The notes under the pieces: model-generated
What the model was told of the DNA's origin: nothing
Databases searched by the model: none
What the model saw: only the letters and a program-made list of their open reading frames with translations
Virus record (IMG/VR): IMGVR_UViG_3300032117_000015
Location: 18,149 to 82,148 of that record
Length of the DNA: 64,000 bases
Origin: a virus
Direction: 5' to 3' (one strand)
Position numbers and translations under genes: made by a program
In this document: positions 1 to 9,256 of the stretch, piece by piece
Numbering within the stretch: position 1 is the stretch's first letter
How the letters are laid out: every line of letters begins with the position of its first letter

Positions 1-294
1 AAACTTATCGGACTTAGCAAGTACACAAGAATCGCACAGTGGTGTGCAAGACGTGGTACTCTCCAGGAGGAACTTTGTAATGACATTGCTAGGGAAATCC
101 AAAAAGCCACAGGAGCATCAGACTTAGGTGTGTATATTCAAGCTACACACGGATGCTGTGAGAATCGCGGTATTATGGCCAAGAGTAGTTTAACACAGAC
201 TACAGTATTGCGTGGTGCGTTTAATACAGATATGGGTACAAAGAAAGAGTTCTTTGACAATATTAAACTACAACAAGACTGGGCATCAAAATAA
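1..294 (+). CDS. folE: GTP cyclohydrolase I, 3' part (truncated by window edge)
   Basis: Frame 1 translated by hand: KLIGLSKYTRIAQWCARRGTLQEELC...ATHGCCENRGI...TTVLRGAF...KEFF, the FolE C-terminal motifs. Stop TAA at 292-294. Not in the ORF track. Confidence 0.92.
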   Translation, partial: KLIGLSKYTRIAQWCARRGTLQEELCNDIAREIQKATGASDLGVYIQATHGCCENRGIMAKSSLTQTTVLRGAFNTDMGTKKEFFDNIKLQQDWASK

Positions 295-641
295 TGGAAG
301 CGCAAGTACCTGCCGAAGGCATTTTAATGAAAAAAGACTGGGGCGATGCCAAAGTCTATAAAATTGTATGCGAGTGTGACGACTGCGATCATTCTCATAA
401 CGTGTGGATAGAAGCAGATGAAACAGGTGTTAGCGTTACTGTCTATACTCAACAAAAAACAAAGTGGTGGGCACTTAATCGTTGGCAAAAGATTTGGACG
501 TTGTTAACTAAAGGTTACATCGAAGTTGAATCTAATCTCATTATGGGTGAGCAACAAGCACTTAATTACGCAGAAACTTTAAAAAGTGCTGTTAAAGATG
601 TTAAGGAATTTAGAGATGCAAAACGCCAAAGACATAACTGA
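294..641 (+). CDS. hypothetical protein (CECxxCxH motif)
   Basis: ORF coupled to folE by a TAATG overlap. Confidence 0.7.
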   Translation: MEAQVPAEGILMKKDWGDAKVYKIVCECDDCDHSHNVWIEADETGVSVTVYTQQKTKWWALNRWQKIWTLLTKGYIEVESNLIMGEQQALNYAETLKSAVKDVKEFRDAKRQRHN

Positions 642-846
642 CAATTTAATACATCGTTTACGCAACTCAACATTGCAGTTGTTTGAAATTAAACGAGAAG
701 TAGGACCAGGATGGTTGCCGCAAGGCACCATCCCTTTTGACATTAGAGCTAGTAACGGTGTTGCTACATTTAAAGTATATGCAGAATTTTTACAAGATGC
801 TGAAGATCAAGTAACACAATTTTTAGAACAGGACGAAGATGAGTAA
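616..846 (+). CDS. hypothetical protein
   Basis: ORF 586..846. The likely start is ATG 616, downstream of AAGGA. Overlaps the queE start. Confidence 0.65.
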   Translation: MQNAKDITDNLIHRLRNSTLQLFEIKREVGPGWLPQGTIPFDIRASNGVATFKVYAEFLQDAEDQVTQFLEQDEDE

Positions 847-1687
847 GATTAAAATCGCAGAATTATTTTATAGTATCCAAGGAGAAGGACGTTACATGGG
901 TGTGCCGTCTGTTTTCTTGCGTACATTTGGTTGCAACTTTAAATGTGCTGGATTTGGTATGCCAAAGGGTCAACTAAGTACAGAAGCAGACGAAATTTCA
1001 GAAGTAGTTCATTTATATAACAAATATGAAGAACTGCCACTGGTTAGCACAGGATGTGATAGTTATGCTAGCTGGCATCCTAGTTTTAAAGATCTTAGTC
1101 CAATGCTTACTAGTGATGCAATCGCAGATAGAATTACAGAAATTTTACCGCACAATGAATGGCTAGATGAACACTTGGTTATTACCGGTGGCGAGCCATT
1201 ATTGGGTTGGCAACGTGCTTACCCAGACTTGCTTAATCATCCTAAAATGTCAGGATTGAAAGAAATTACATTTGAAACAAATGGTACACAGGGACTAAGC
1301 GAAGAGTTCTTTAACTATCTAAATGCATGGAAACGTGCATACGATGATAGAGAAATTACATTTAGTGTAAGTGCTAAACTTCTATGTAGTGGCGAAAAGT
1401 GGGAGGAAGCAATTCGCCCAGAAGTAGTTTGCGAGTACGAACAAGTTGGCACAGCATATTTGAAGTTTGTTATTGCTACCGAAGAAGATAGAGACTATGC
1501 ATTAAAAGCCGCTAGTGAATATCGTGCGGCAGGTTTTAAAGGTCATGTTTACTTTATGCCAGTTGGAGGCGTTGAAAGTGTGTATAACCTAAATGCTAAA
1601 TCTGTAGCACTAATGGCAATGAAGCATGGTTTGCGATACAGTGATCGATTGCAAGTGCCGTTATTTAAAAATGAGTGGGGAACCTAA
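839..1687 (+). CDS. queE: 7-carboxy-7-deazaguanine synthase (radical SAM)
   Basis: Motifs ELFYSIQGEG, VFLRTFGCNFKC...GCDS, VITGGEP, FETNGT and RYSDRLQ; lies near folE. Confidence 0.9.
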   Translation: MSKIKIAELFYSIQGEGRYMGVPSVFLRTFGCNFKCAGFGMPKGQLSTEADEISEVVHLYNKYEELPLVSTGCDSYASWHPSFKDLSPMLTSDAIADRITEILPHNEWLDEHLVITGGEPLLGWQRAYPDLLNHPKMSGLKEITFETNGTQGLSEEFFNYLNAWKRAYDDREITFSVSAKLLCSGEKWEEAIRPEVVCEYEQVGTAYLKFVIATEEDRDYALKAASEYRAAGFKGHVYFMPVGGVESVYNLNAKSVALMAMKHGLRYSDRLQVPLFKNEWGT

Positions 1688-1688
1688 A

Positions 1689-2045
1689 ATGAGAAAAATA
1701 GTTTATAGTATCGAGTTTGATAAAGAAAACTTTTCTTCTTTCCTTAATATTAAAATGAAAGACAAAGATGGAAAAGTTAGTGTGTTATTCAGAGAAGAGA
1801 TGTCAAGAAAACCTGATAGCAAATATACTCCTGAACAACAGGCTAAGATTAACCAAGTTAATCAAATATTAAGCATGAATGGCGATTCGCCGATGACCGA
1901 AGAAGAATGCGACTATATGTTAGATCCAAATGGCTACAAAGCCTATATGGAATCTAAGCTAGCGGAAGAAGAATTACAAAGACTAGCTGGGTTTAAGGTA
2001 GAAAAGAAGATTACATACTTTAACGATTTCCACGAGGAAAGCTAA
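1689..2045 (+). CDS. hypothetical protein
   Basis: ORF with likely start ATG 1689, directly after the queE stop. Confidence 0.65.
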   Translation: MRKIVYSIEFDKENFSSFLNIKMKDKDGKVSVLFREEMSRKPDSKYTPEQQAKINQVNQILSMNGDSPMTEEECDYMLDPNGYKAYMESKLAEEELQRLAGFKVEKKITYFNDFHEES

Positions 2046-2046
2046 T

Positions 2047-2190
2047 ATGTTCGAAATGATTATAGCACTATTACTAGTTTTAGTACTTGTAGGTGTTGTG
2101 GCTCGTTTTAGTAAAAATGACGGGTGTACAGGTAATTGTAGACAAGGAAGAAATTGTAACTGTAAGGATAATGATGAAAAACTTAATTAA
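2047..2190 (+). CDS. small membrane protein with Cys-rich tail (47 aa)
   Basis: Read by hand: MFEMIIALLLVLVLVGVVARFSKNDGCTGNCRQGRNCNCKDNDEKLN. GAGGA lies upstream. Below the ORF-track size cutoff. Confidence 0.7.
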   Translation: MFEMIIALLLVLVLVGVVARFSKNDGCTGNCRQGRNCNCKDNDEKLN

Positions 2191-2623
2191 ACGACTATTT
2201 GGCATCGATAAAATCGAAGCTCAAAAGGATCAAGCATTGGCTGAAGCCGCGGTTGCTGAAAAATTAGCTAAACAAAAATTAGAAGAAGTTGTTGAAGCTG
2301 AAAAGGCCGCGGAACTTGCTAAAATGAGTCCAAAAGAACGTGCTACTGCACGTGGCGAACCGTGGGTAGCAGTATTAGATACTCATGTGAACAAAGAAAA
2401 TGTTCGTAATGGTTTCTTTGAGCTTGACTGGAATGAAATATTTGTGTTACAATTGAAACAAGCTGGATACGGTTTTGACGGTGATCCAGACGAAGAAATC
2501 GTAGATCGCTGGTTTAGAGATCTTGCCAGAAATATGCTAGCAGATGAAGGGCAAGACATGAATCGCGGTATGGGTTATATTAACGTAAGTAAACTCGGTA
2601 ACGGGAAAGCATCTGTAGAATGA
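2171..2623 (+). CDS. hypothetical protein
   Basis: ORF 2093..2623 with likely start ATG 2171/2174 after AAGGA. ATGA overlap with the next gene. Confidence 0.75.
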   Translation: MMKNLIKRLFGIDKIEAQKDQALAEAAVAEKLAKQKLEEVVEAEKAAELAKMSPKERATARGEPWVAVLDTHVNKENVRNGFFELDWNEIFVLQLKQAGYGFDGDPDEEIVDRWFRDLARNMLADEGQDMNRGMGYINVSKLGNGKASVE

Positions 2624-3639
2624 CATATATTATAGTTGATACTGCTAACACATTCTTTCGTGCTAGACACGTAGTTCAAGGCTCTGCTGATATCAAACTC
2701 GGCATGGCATTTCACATTACTTTTAACAGTATCAAAAAGGCTTGGCAAGACTTCGGTGGCACTCATGTAGTGTTCTGCCTTGAAGGTCGTAGCTGGCGCA
2801 AAGACTACTACAAGCCATACAAGGCTAACCGTGCTGAAAATCGTGCGGCTATGACACAACGAGAACAAGATGAAGATAAATTGTTCTGGGAAGCATTTGA
2901 CGAGTTTAAAAATTTCATTACAGAAAAAACTAACTGTACTGTAATGCAACATCCCAATCTAGAAGCAGATGATTTAATTGCTGGCTGGGTACAAGCACAT
3001 CCAGATTCCAAACATGTTATTATTTCGACAGATGGAGATTTTGCACAATTAGTAAGTCCTACAGTTAGTCAATATAACGGTGTTGCAGATCATCACATTA
3101 CACACGAAGGAACATTTGATGCAAAAGGTAAACCTGTTAAAGACAAGAAAACAGGCGAGCCTAAGCCTGCACAAGATCCAGAGTGGATGCTATTCGAAAA
3201 ATGTATGCGAGGCGACACATCGGATAATGTCTTTTCGGCTTATCCAGGTGTTCGAACAAAAGGGTCAAAGAATAAAGTTGGTCTCCAAGAGGCATTTGCC
3301 GATCGTAAGACTAAAGGATTTAATTGGAACAATCTCATGTTGCAACGTTGGGTCGACCACAATGGACAAGAACACAGAGTCTTAGAAGATTACCAACGCA
3401 ATGTGCAGTTATGTGACTTAACAGCACAGCCCGACGACATTAAAGCTAAGATTAGAGAAACTATCAACACTCACGCTGTGCCTAAGACTGTTGATCAGGT
3501 AGGAATTCGTATGCTCAAGTTTTGCAATGCTTGGGATATGAAAAAGATTGCTGATAATATTCAGCAATATGCAGAACCATTCCAAGCAAAATATCTTGAG
3601 AAAGATGTTACTTGGCGTAAACTAACCGAGGAAAATTAA
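2620..3639 (+). CDS. rnh: T4 RNase H-like 5'-3' exonuclease (FEN family)
   Basis: Motifs IIVDTAN, WRKDYYKPYKANR, LEADDLIA, ISTDGDFAQL and GDTSDNV. Confidence 0.9.
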   Translation: MTYIIVDTANTFFRARHVVQGSADIKLGMAFHITFNSIKKAWQDFGGTHVVFCLEGRSWRKDYYKPYKANRAENRAAMTQREQDEDKLFWEAFDEFKNFITEKTNCTVMQHPNLEADDLIAGWVQAHPDSKHVIISTDGDFAQLVSPTVSQYNGVADHHITHEGTFDAKGKPVKDKKTGEPKPAQDPEWMLFEKCMRGDTSDNVFSAYPGVRTKGSKNKVGLQEAFADRKTKGFNWNNLMLQRWVDHNGQEHRVLEDYQRNVQLCDLTAQPDDIKAKIRETINTHAVPKTVDQVGIRMLKFCNAWDMKKIADNIQQYAEPFQAKYLEKDVTWRKLTEEN

Positions 3640-3640
3640 A

Positions 3641-3835
3641 ATGAGTGCAATTTCAGAAAAATTAACAAAAGTAAACGAAAGTTTCACAATCAATCGCTAC
3701 GACAACGGTTTTATGATCGAAGTCGGTGGTCGTAACGAAGACGACGATTGGAAAACAGCTAAAGTTATTGTAGGTACAGAAGAAGAATTAATTGAACTAA
3801 TTCAAGAAACTCTATCACTACCAGTAGCAGAATAA
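3641..3835 (+). CDS. hypothetical protein
   Basis: Compact ORF in the operon with GAGGA upstream. Confidence 0.7.
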   Translation: MSAISEKLTKVNESFTINRYDNGFMIEVGGRNEDDDWKTAKVIVGTEEELIELIQETLSLPVAE

Positions 3836-4569
3836 TGTTTTTCTTTTTCAGACCTTCCACAATTACGGTAGACGTTTTTTGTGCAGATGAAATTATATTC
3901 CATAATTTCAAACCAGAACGTGCAAATAAATTCCTTCCTAAATTTTGGAAGGAACTGCCGCCATATTTAGATCAAAAGGCAATACAAAATCCTCATAGTA
4001 AATTAATGACTAAAGTTGGCACATTGAAAAAGTGTGTCGGTTTTACAGATTTATTTTCTAATGGATTTATTTTGCCTAATTGGGCAGACTGGCAAAACGA
4101 AGTGTTACCAAGCGGAGTAAGTGTTACTGCAAACTTTAATAGTGAAGATGTTAACAGCACATTCTCAGGCCATGGTCGTACACAATTCGGCGAACCACTT
4201 TACAAAAATTGTGGGCATATTAAAATAGACAGTCCATGGTTGTTTAAAGAAAAAACTGGTGTTAAGTTTACATGGAATGGATGTCCTTGGCATAACACAG
4301 ATGCATTAGAAAATTTTTATGTGTTGTCTGCTATTGTAAATTATAAAAATCAAATCGGTACTAATGTTAACGCATTCCAGCGTAAAGGTTCGATTGTGCA
4401 GTTTACAGCAGGTGATCCGTTAATACATCTAGTTCCTATGAGTGAGAAGAAAGTTAAAATTGCACATCATCAAATTTCTCAACAAGAATGGCATAATATG
4501 AATTCTCGAGAAATGATTGCACTACGTTATAAAGATTCAAGAGCAGTTAAAGCAAAATGCCCATTTTAG
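3835..4569 (+). CDS. hypothetical protein
   Basis: 244-aa ORF coupled by TAATG. No family recognised with confidence. Confidence 0.75.
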   Translation: MFFFFRPSTITVDVFCADEIIFHNFKPERANKFLPKFWKELPPYLDQKAIQNPHSKLMTKVGTLKKCVGFTDLFSNGFILPNWADWQNEVLPSGVSVTANFNSEDVNSTFSGHGRTQFGEPLYKNCGHIKIDSPWLFKEKTGVKFTWNGCPWHNTDALENFYVLSAIVNYKNQIGTNVNAFQRKGSIVQFTAGDPLIHLVPMSEKKVKIAHHQISQQEWHNMNSREMIALRYKDSRAVKAKCPF

Positions 4570-4578
4570 GAGAGTATT

Positions 4579-5079
4579 ATGGCACTATGGACCGTTAAAA
4601 CACATTACAAAAAATCTTGTCAAGAAATTGAACATTGGATTCGAAGCGAAAGCGAGGGTAAAATCACAGTTACTAACGGGTTCCGTTGGGGCGAATGGAC
4701 AGTAGAAACTTCAGATGACAATCCTCCAGAGTTTGAGTTTACTTTTGTTCCCGGTGGCGATGGCAAGAAAGACAGCATCAATATGCTAGATTGCGAAGTT
4801 AACAATATCGAAAGCGTTGAGCTTGTTAGCATGGATGATGGCGGTTGCTGGTATGATGTTGATTTTGAAGATCTTACCGAGGAAGAGGAAGAAGAGATTC
4901 AAGAGTTTATTGATGAAAATAGCATCTATGAATTAGAAGAACGCGAAGACTCTTGGTATCAAGATGATAGCGAATGGTGGGTCTGGGGCCCTATTGAAAT
5001 TCAAAATGAAGCCGGTGAAACTGTACGAATTATTTGTGCAGATGCAGACGGTAATGTAGTAGACTTTAAGGAAGAATAA
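4579..5079 (+). CDS. acidic hypothetical protein
   Basis: AGGAG RBS; 166 aa, rich in D, E and W. Confidence 0.75.
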   Translation: MALWTVKTHYKKSCQEIEHWIRSESEGKITVTNGFRWGEWTVETSDDNPPEFEFTFVPGGDGKKDSINMLDCEVNNIESVELVSMDDGGCWYDVDFEDLTEEEEEEIQEFIDENSIYELEEREDSWYQDDSEWWVWGPIEIQNEAGETVRIICADADGNVVDFKEE

Positions 5080-5558
5080 TGACAGAGATACACGCTAAAC
5101 CAATTGTAGATGGAAAATTTTGGATTGTCGAGCAAGACGGTGCCAAAATAGCTACCTTACATAAAAAAGAAAATAATAAATTTGTTCTTAGCAGTACACA
5201 AGGAGAAGTCTTTTTTAACAAAAAAGACGATTTGACTAAACAATTTGGATTAGATTTTTTCTTGTCGAGTACTAAGGTTAAAGTTACTAAACAAGACATA
5301 CATGAATGCCACGGGTTTCCTACTAGTGTAAAACCTTATAATGCTATGTATGATGTAAGACACAAACTACCATTGTTTACCAAAAGTAATGCTAGTAAAA
5401 GTTTGTATTGTGCAGGCTATTATACCATTCAATTTAATAAAGGTTGGGTTAAGAGTTTTTGCCCTAAATTAATTACATTGGAACGTAACCCATACAAAGG
5501 TCCGTTTAAAACTGAAATCGAAATGAAACAGGTACTGTCTAATGCAAAATCAGATTAA
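5079..5558 (+). CDS. hypothetical protein
   Basis: ORF coupled by TAATG. Confidence 0.75.
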   Translation: MTEIHAKPIVDGKFWIVEQDGAKIATLHKKENNKFVLSSTQGEVFFNKKDDLTKQFGLDFFLSSTKVKVTKQDIHECHGFPTSVKPYNAMYDVRHKLPLFTKSNASKSLYCAGYYTIQFNKGWVKSFCPKLITLERNPYKGPFKTEIEMKQVLSNAKSD

Positions 5559-5784
5559 TCTAACACCAATCACAAACCTTATTCAAGTAATCAGAAGTGC
5601 TGAACTTGCTCAACAAAAAGAAGTAAGAATACCTATTCAAGCCGCTAGATTACTAAGTTTAGCACTTGCTGAAATACAAGATAAACTACTACAAGACTAT
5701 GAAAGCATGTTTAATCAGCTTAAAAACAGTTCTGCAACAGAAGTAGTACAAATACAGTTAGACGGCGGAAGTTTTAAAGACTAA
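5542..5784 (+). CDS. hypothetical protein
   Basis: ORF within the operon. Confidence 0.65.
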   Translation: MQNQINLTPITNLIQVIRSAELAQQKEVRIPIQAARLLSLALAEIQDKLLQDYESMFNQLKNSSATEVVQIQLDGGSFKD

Positions 5785-5787
5785 TAG

Positions 5788-5795
5788 GATAAATA
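5788..5795 (+). promoter_or_regulatory. late (gp55-type) promoter GATAAATA
   Basis: Intergenic match to the recurring TAAATA motif (T4 late consensus is TATAAATA). Confidence 0.65.
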
Positions 5796-5821
5796 TATGC
5801 GTATATAATTGGATACGCATT

Positions 5822-6106
5822 ATGAGTCGACCTAAACCTAAAGTACTATTAGAGCACGTCAATAAAAAGACCTATAAGGCCGAGCAGATTTTAGAAGCCG
5901 ACGCAATATGGGCTGTGTTCTATAAAAACGAACCGTTTAATTTAAAATCGTTTAATAGCCTTGTTAATTATCCTGGACCTAAATATAAAAAGGTCTCCTT
6001 TAGTAATCCAGGACATGCTCGCAATCTAGCTAAAAAGCTCAACATGACATTTGGATGTGATGATTTCCAAGTTGTTATGCTGACCACTGGCACAGTAGTA
6101 AAATGA
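5822..6106 (+). CDS. basic hypothetical protein
   Basis: 94-aa ORF starting MSRPKP. Confidence 0.75.
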   Translation: MSRPKPKVLLEHVNKKTYKAEQILEADAIWAVFYKNEPFNLKSFNSLVNYPGPKYKKVSFSNPGHARNLAKKLNMTFGCDDFQVVMLTTGTVVK

Positions 6107-6510
6107 TAACCAGAGATGCATTAACCAAAATATTTTTACAACAGTGGGGCAAAAGCATAGATGATGCCAATGTTAAAATATTTGGTCGTAAATGGTGGCA
6201 AAGTACAAGAGCAGGTAAGCAAAATAACTTTCGGTTAAGTGACGAAGGTTACGAATTTTTAACTCAAGAATTGGATTTGAAAGCGTACGAAGTTCCGTTT
6301 ACTGAACCAATCGAACTAAGTCCACAAACAATTATATTTTTAGAAAGATACGTGGACTGCCCTTACTATCTTACCCCCATGTCAATCACTGTCTTCTCAG
6401 AACGCAAAGGTTTTGAGCTAATGTTGTTTTCAGACGACATCAGAAAATTCGGCTTAATTAAAGCTATGAATGAGCGAGAAAAAGAACTCGCAAGTCAAAA
6501 TAATAGTTGA
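6103..6510 (+). CDS. hypothetical protein
   Basis: ORF coupled by an ATGA overlap. Confidence 0.75.
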   Translation: MITRDALTKIFLQQWGKSIDDANVKIFGRKWWQSTRAGKQNNFRLSDEGYEFLTQELDLKAYEVPFTEPIELSPQTIIFLERYVDCPYYLTPMSITVFSERKGFELMLFSDDIRKFGLIKAMNEREKELASQNNS

Positions 6511-6535
6511 CTTAACTCCTACTCTGCCTTATAAT
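6507..6535 (+). promoter_or_regulatory. sigma70-type promoter
   Basis: TTGACT-N17-TATAAT upstream of the AAA ATPase. Confidence 0.85.
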
Positions 6536-6590
6536 ACATACTTACACAGCATTATTCGCACAATTTTTTAACTAAGTTAGGAACTTAAAA

Positions 6591-7679
6591 ATGGCAGAAA
6601 TCAATAGTCGCACAGTGGGCCCAAGCGGTGCCAAAAAATCTTTGCGTAAAGCATTTAAAAATCAGCGTCCGCTTTTCCTATGGGGCCCTCCAGGCATTGG
6701 AAAATCTGACATTATTAAACAACTTGGCGATGAGCTAGAAGCTCATGTTATTGACGTTCGTCTTTCACTTTGGGAACCTACTGATATTAAAGGTATTCCA
6801 TATTTTGATAGCAATGATGGTACTATGCGTTGGGCACCTCCTGCAGAACTTCCAAGCAAGGACTTTGCTTCAAATCACAAACAAATCATTTTGTTCTTGG
6901 ACGAAATGAACTCTGCGGCACCTGCTGTACAAGCCGCCGCTTATCAACTTATCCTTAACCGTAAAGTCGGTGCATATCAATTACCAGACAATGTTGTAAT
7001 TGTTGCGGCTGGTAACCGTGAAACTGACAAGGGTGTTACATTCCGTATGCCTGCTCCATTGGCAAACCGTTTTGTTCACTTGGAAATGCAAGTTAACTGG
7101 GATGACTGGTTTGAATGGGCTGTTGAAAACAAAATCCACAAGGACGTTGTTGGCTATTTGACTTTCTCTAAAAAGAGCTTGTATGACTTCGATCCAAAGT
7201 CTAGCTCACGTGCATTTGCTACACCCCGCTCTTGGAGTTTTGTAAGCGAATTGCTTACAGACGACGACACAGATGTTGATACATTGACTGATCTTACATG
7301 CGGTTCTGTTGGTGAAGGTTTGGCAATCAGCTTTATGGCTCACCGTAAAGTTGCATCAAAGATGCCTAACCCAAGCGACATTTTGAGTGGTAAAGTTAAG
7401 AAAATGGACTCAAAAGAAATTTCAGCTATGTACTCGTTGACTGTGTCATTGTGCTACGAATTGAAAGATTCTTGCGAGAAGAAAGCTAAAGATTGGAATG
7501 ATCAAGTTAACTACTTCTTCGAATTTATGATGAATAACTTCGAAACAGAATTGGTTATTATGGGTACTAAATTGGCTTTGAGCACTTACAAGTTGCCATT
7601 GGATCCAGATGAAATCAAATGCTTTGATGATTTCCATGCTAAGTTTGGCAAATACATTAGTCAAGCTACTGAAAAATAA
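6591..7679 (+). CDS. MoxR/dynein-related AAA+ ATPase
   Basis: Walker A GPPGIGKS, Walker B LFLDE, sensor AAGNR, Arg finger ANRF, and TPRSW. Confidence 0.9.
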   Translation: MAEINSRTVGPSGAKKSLRKAFKNQRPLFLWGPPGIGKSDIIKQLGDELEAHVIDVRLSLWEPTDIKGIPYFDSNDGTMRWAPPAELPSKDFASNHKQIILFLDEMNSAAPAVQAAAYQLILNRKVGAYQLPDNVVIVAAGNRETDKGVTFRMPAPLANRFVHLEMQVNWDDWFEWAVENKIHKDVVGYLTFSKKSLYDFDPKSSSRAFATPRSWSFVSELLTDDDTDVDTLTDLTCGSVGEGLAISFMAHRKVASKMPNPSDILSGKVKKMDSKEISAMYSLTVSLCYELKDSCEKKAKDWNDQVNYFFEFMMNNFETELVIMGTKLALSTYKLPLDPDEIKCFDDFHAKFGKYISQATEK

Positions 7680-7695
7680 TCGGTTTTAGCACTAT

Positions 7696-7724
7696 TTGAC
7701 ACCTCCTGCGGGAGGTGTTATAAT
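7696..7724 (+). promoter_or_regulatory. consensus sigma70 promoter with a palindromic spacer
   Basis: TTGACA-N17-TATAAT. The overlapping sequence GACACCTCC-TGCG-GGAGGTGTT is an inverted repeat. Confidence 0.85.
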
Positions 7725-7753
7725 ATATACTATAGTAACAATTAAGGAAAAAC

Positions 7754-8938
7754 ATGTCACATACCGATCCAGTAATTGACAAAATTATCGTAGCCCGTGT
7801 GGGTCTACTGTTGCGTCATCCGTTTTTTGGAAACTTAGCAACACGTCTTAAAATTGAAGAAGGATCTGAATGGTTACCGACAGCCGCTACAGACGGACGT
7901 CACATCTATTTCAACAGAGAGTTTTTTGAAAAACTTACTATTAAGCAAGTCGAATTCGTTATTGCACACGAAATCTTGCATAATGTATTTGATCACATGG
8001 GCCGTCGTGAAGGACGAGATCCACAAATTTTTAACATTGCCGCAGACTATTGCGTAAACGGACAAACTGTCCGTGATCACATCGGCGATCACAATGTTCC
8101 AGACATCAAAATCTTCCATGATCCTAAATACTACGGCATGAGTGCTGAAGAAATTTATGACAAGATTTACGATGAATATGATGAACAACAATTACAAGCT
8201 CTTGGTCAATTGTTAGATGAACACATTGACTGGGGTAAAGATGGTAAAGATGGCCAGCCAAAATATACTAAAGAACAGTTAAAAGAAATTCGTGACGAAA
8301 TGCGCGAAGCAACTATCGCGGCCGCTCAAGCCGCGGGTGCGGGTAATACTCCTGCTAGCGTACAGCGCATGATTAAGGAATTCACAGAGCCTAAGATGAA
8401 TTGGCGTGAAATACTACGTCAACAAATTCAAAGCACTATTAAAAATGACTTTAGTTTTATGCGTCCTAACCGCAAAGGTTGGCACATGAGTGCTATTCTT
8501 CCAGGTCAACAGTTTCAAGAAACTATTGACATCTGTGTAGCAATTGACATGTCTGGTTCTATTGGAGACGAGCAAGCAAAAGACTTCTTAACAGAGATTA
8601 AGGGTATTATGCAAGAGTACAAGGACTTTAAAATTAAAGTATGGTGCTTCGATACTCGTGTTTACAACGAACAAGATTATGATGGTTATTCAATGGATGA
8701 CTTTGATAACTACGAGCCAATGGGCGGTGGCGGAACTGAGTTCGATGCTAACTGGGAATACATGAAGGAAAATGATATTCAGCCTAAGAAGTTTATCATG
8801 TTTACTGACGGTTATCCTTGGGGTAGCTGGGGTGATGAAAACTACTGTGATACAGTATTCATTATCCATGGTAATGATAAGATTGTTCCACCATTTGGTG
8901 AACATGCTTATTACGAATTTAAAACTGAACACGCATAA
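7754..8938 (+). CDS. HEXXH metallopeptidase-like plus vWA domain protein (DUF2201-like)
   Basis: Motifs TAATDG, AHEILH, MIDAS DMSGS, GGGGT and FTDG; adjacent to a MoxR-type ATPase. Confidence 0.85.
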   Translation: MSHTDPVIDKIIVARVGLLLRHPFFGNLATRLKIEEGSEWLPTAATDGRHIYFNREFFEKLTIKQVEFVIAHEILHNVFDHMGRREGRDPQIFNIAADYCVNGQTVRDHIGDHNVPDIKIFHDPKYYGMSAEEIYDKIYDEYDEQQLQALGQLLDEHIDWGKDGKDGQPKYTKEQLKEIRDEMREATIAAAQAAGAGNTPASVQRMIKEFTEPKMNWREILRQQIQSTIKNDFSFMRPNRKGWHMSAILPGQQFQETIDICVAIDMSGSIGDEQAKDFLTEIKGIMQEYKDFKIKVWCFDTRVYNEQDYDGYSMDDFDNYEPMGGGGTEFDANWEYMKENDIQPKKFIMFTDGYPWGSWGDENYCDTVFIIHGNDKIVPPFGEHAYYEFKTEHA

Positions 8939-9225
8939 TGGCATTAAAATCAGGCAAACCCAATCCTTTAAACTACTTTGACTTACGTAGGGTCGAGTTT
9001 GCCTGCCCGCATTTTAAATACACTACTTTAGATAGATACACTCCACAGCTGGTTAGAGCTGTAGATAGCTGGATTCGCCAAAATCTAAACAATAGATATT
9101 ACATCGGGCAGGACATAGAACTGGATAATACTAACACAATCGTGTATAATACTACCATAGGCTTTGAATCAGAAAAAGAACTAAGTTTTTTCACAATTGC
9201 CTGTCCACATCTTCAAACGAGATAA
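8938..9225 (+). CDS. hypothetical protein
   Basis: ORF coupled by TAATG. Confidence 0.7.
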   Translation: MALKSGKPNPLNYFDLRRVEFACPHFKYTTLDRYTPQLVRAVDSWIRQNLNNRYYIGQDIELDNTNTIVYNTTIGFESEKELSFFTIACPHLQTR

Positions 9226-9256
9226 TTATATACGTACTTTCAAAGGAGATACGTAT

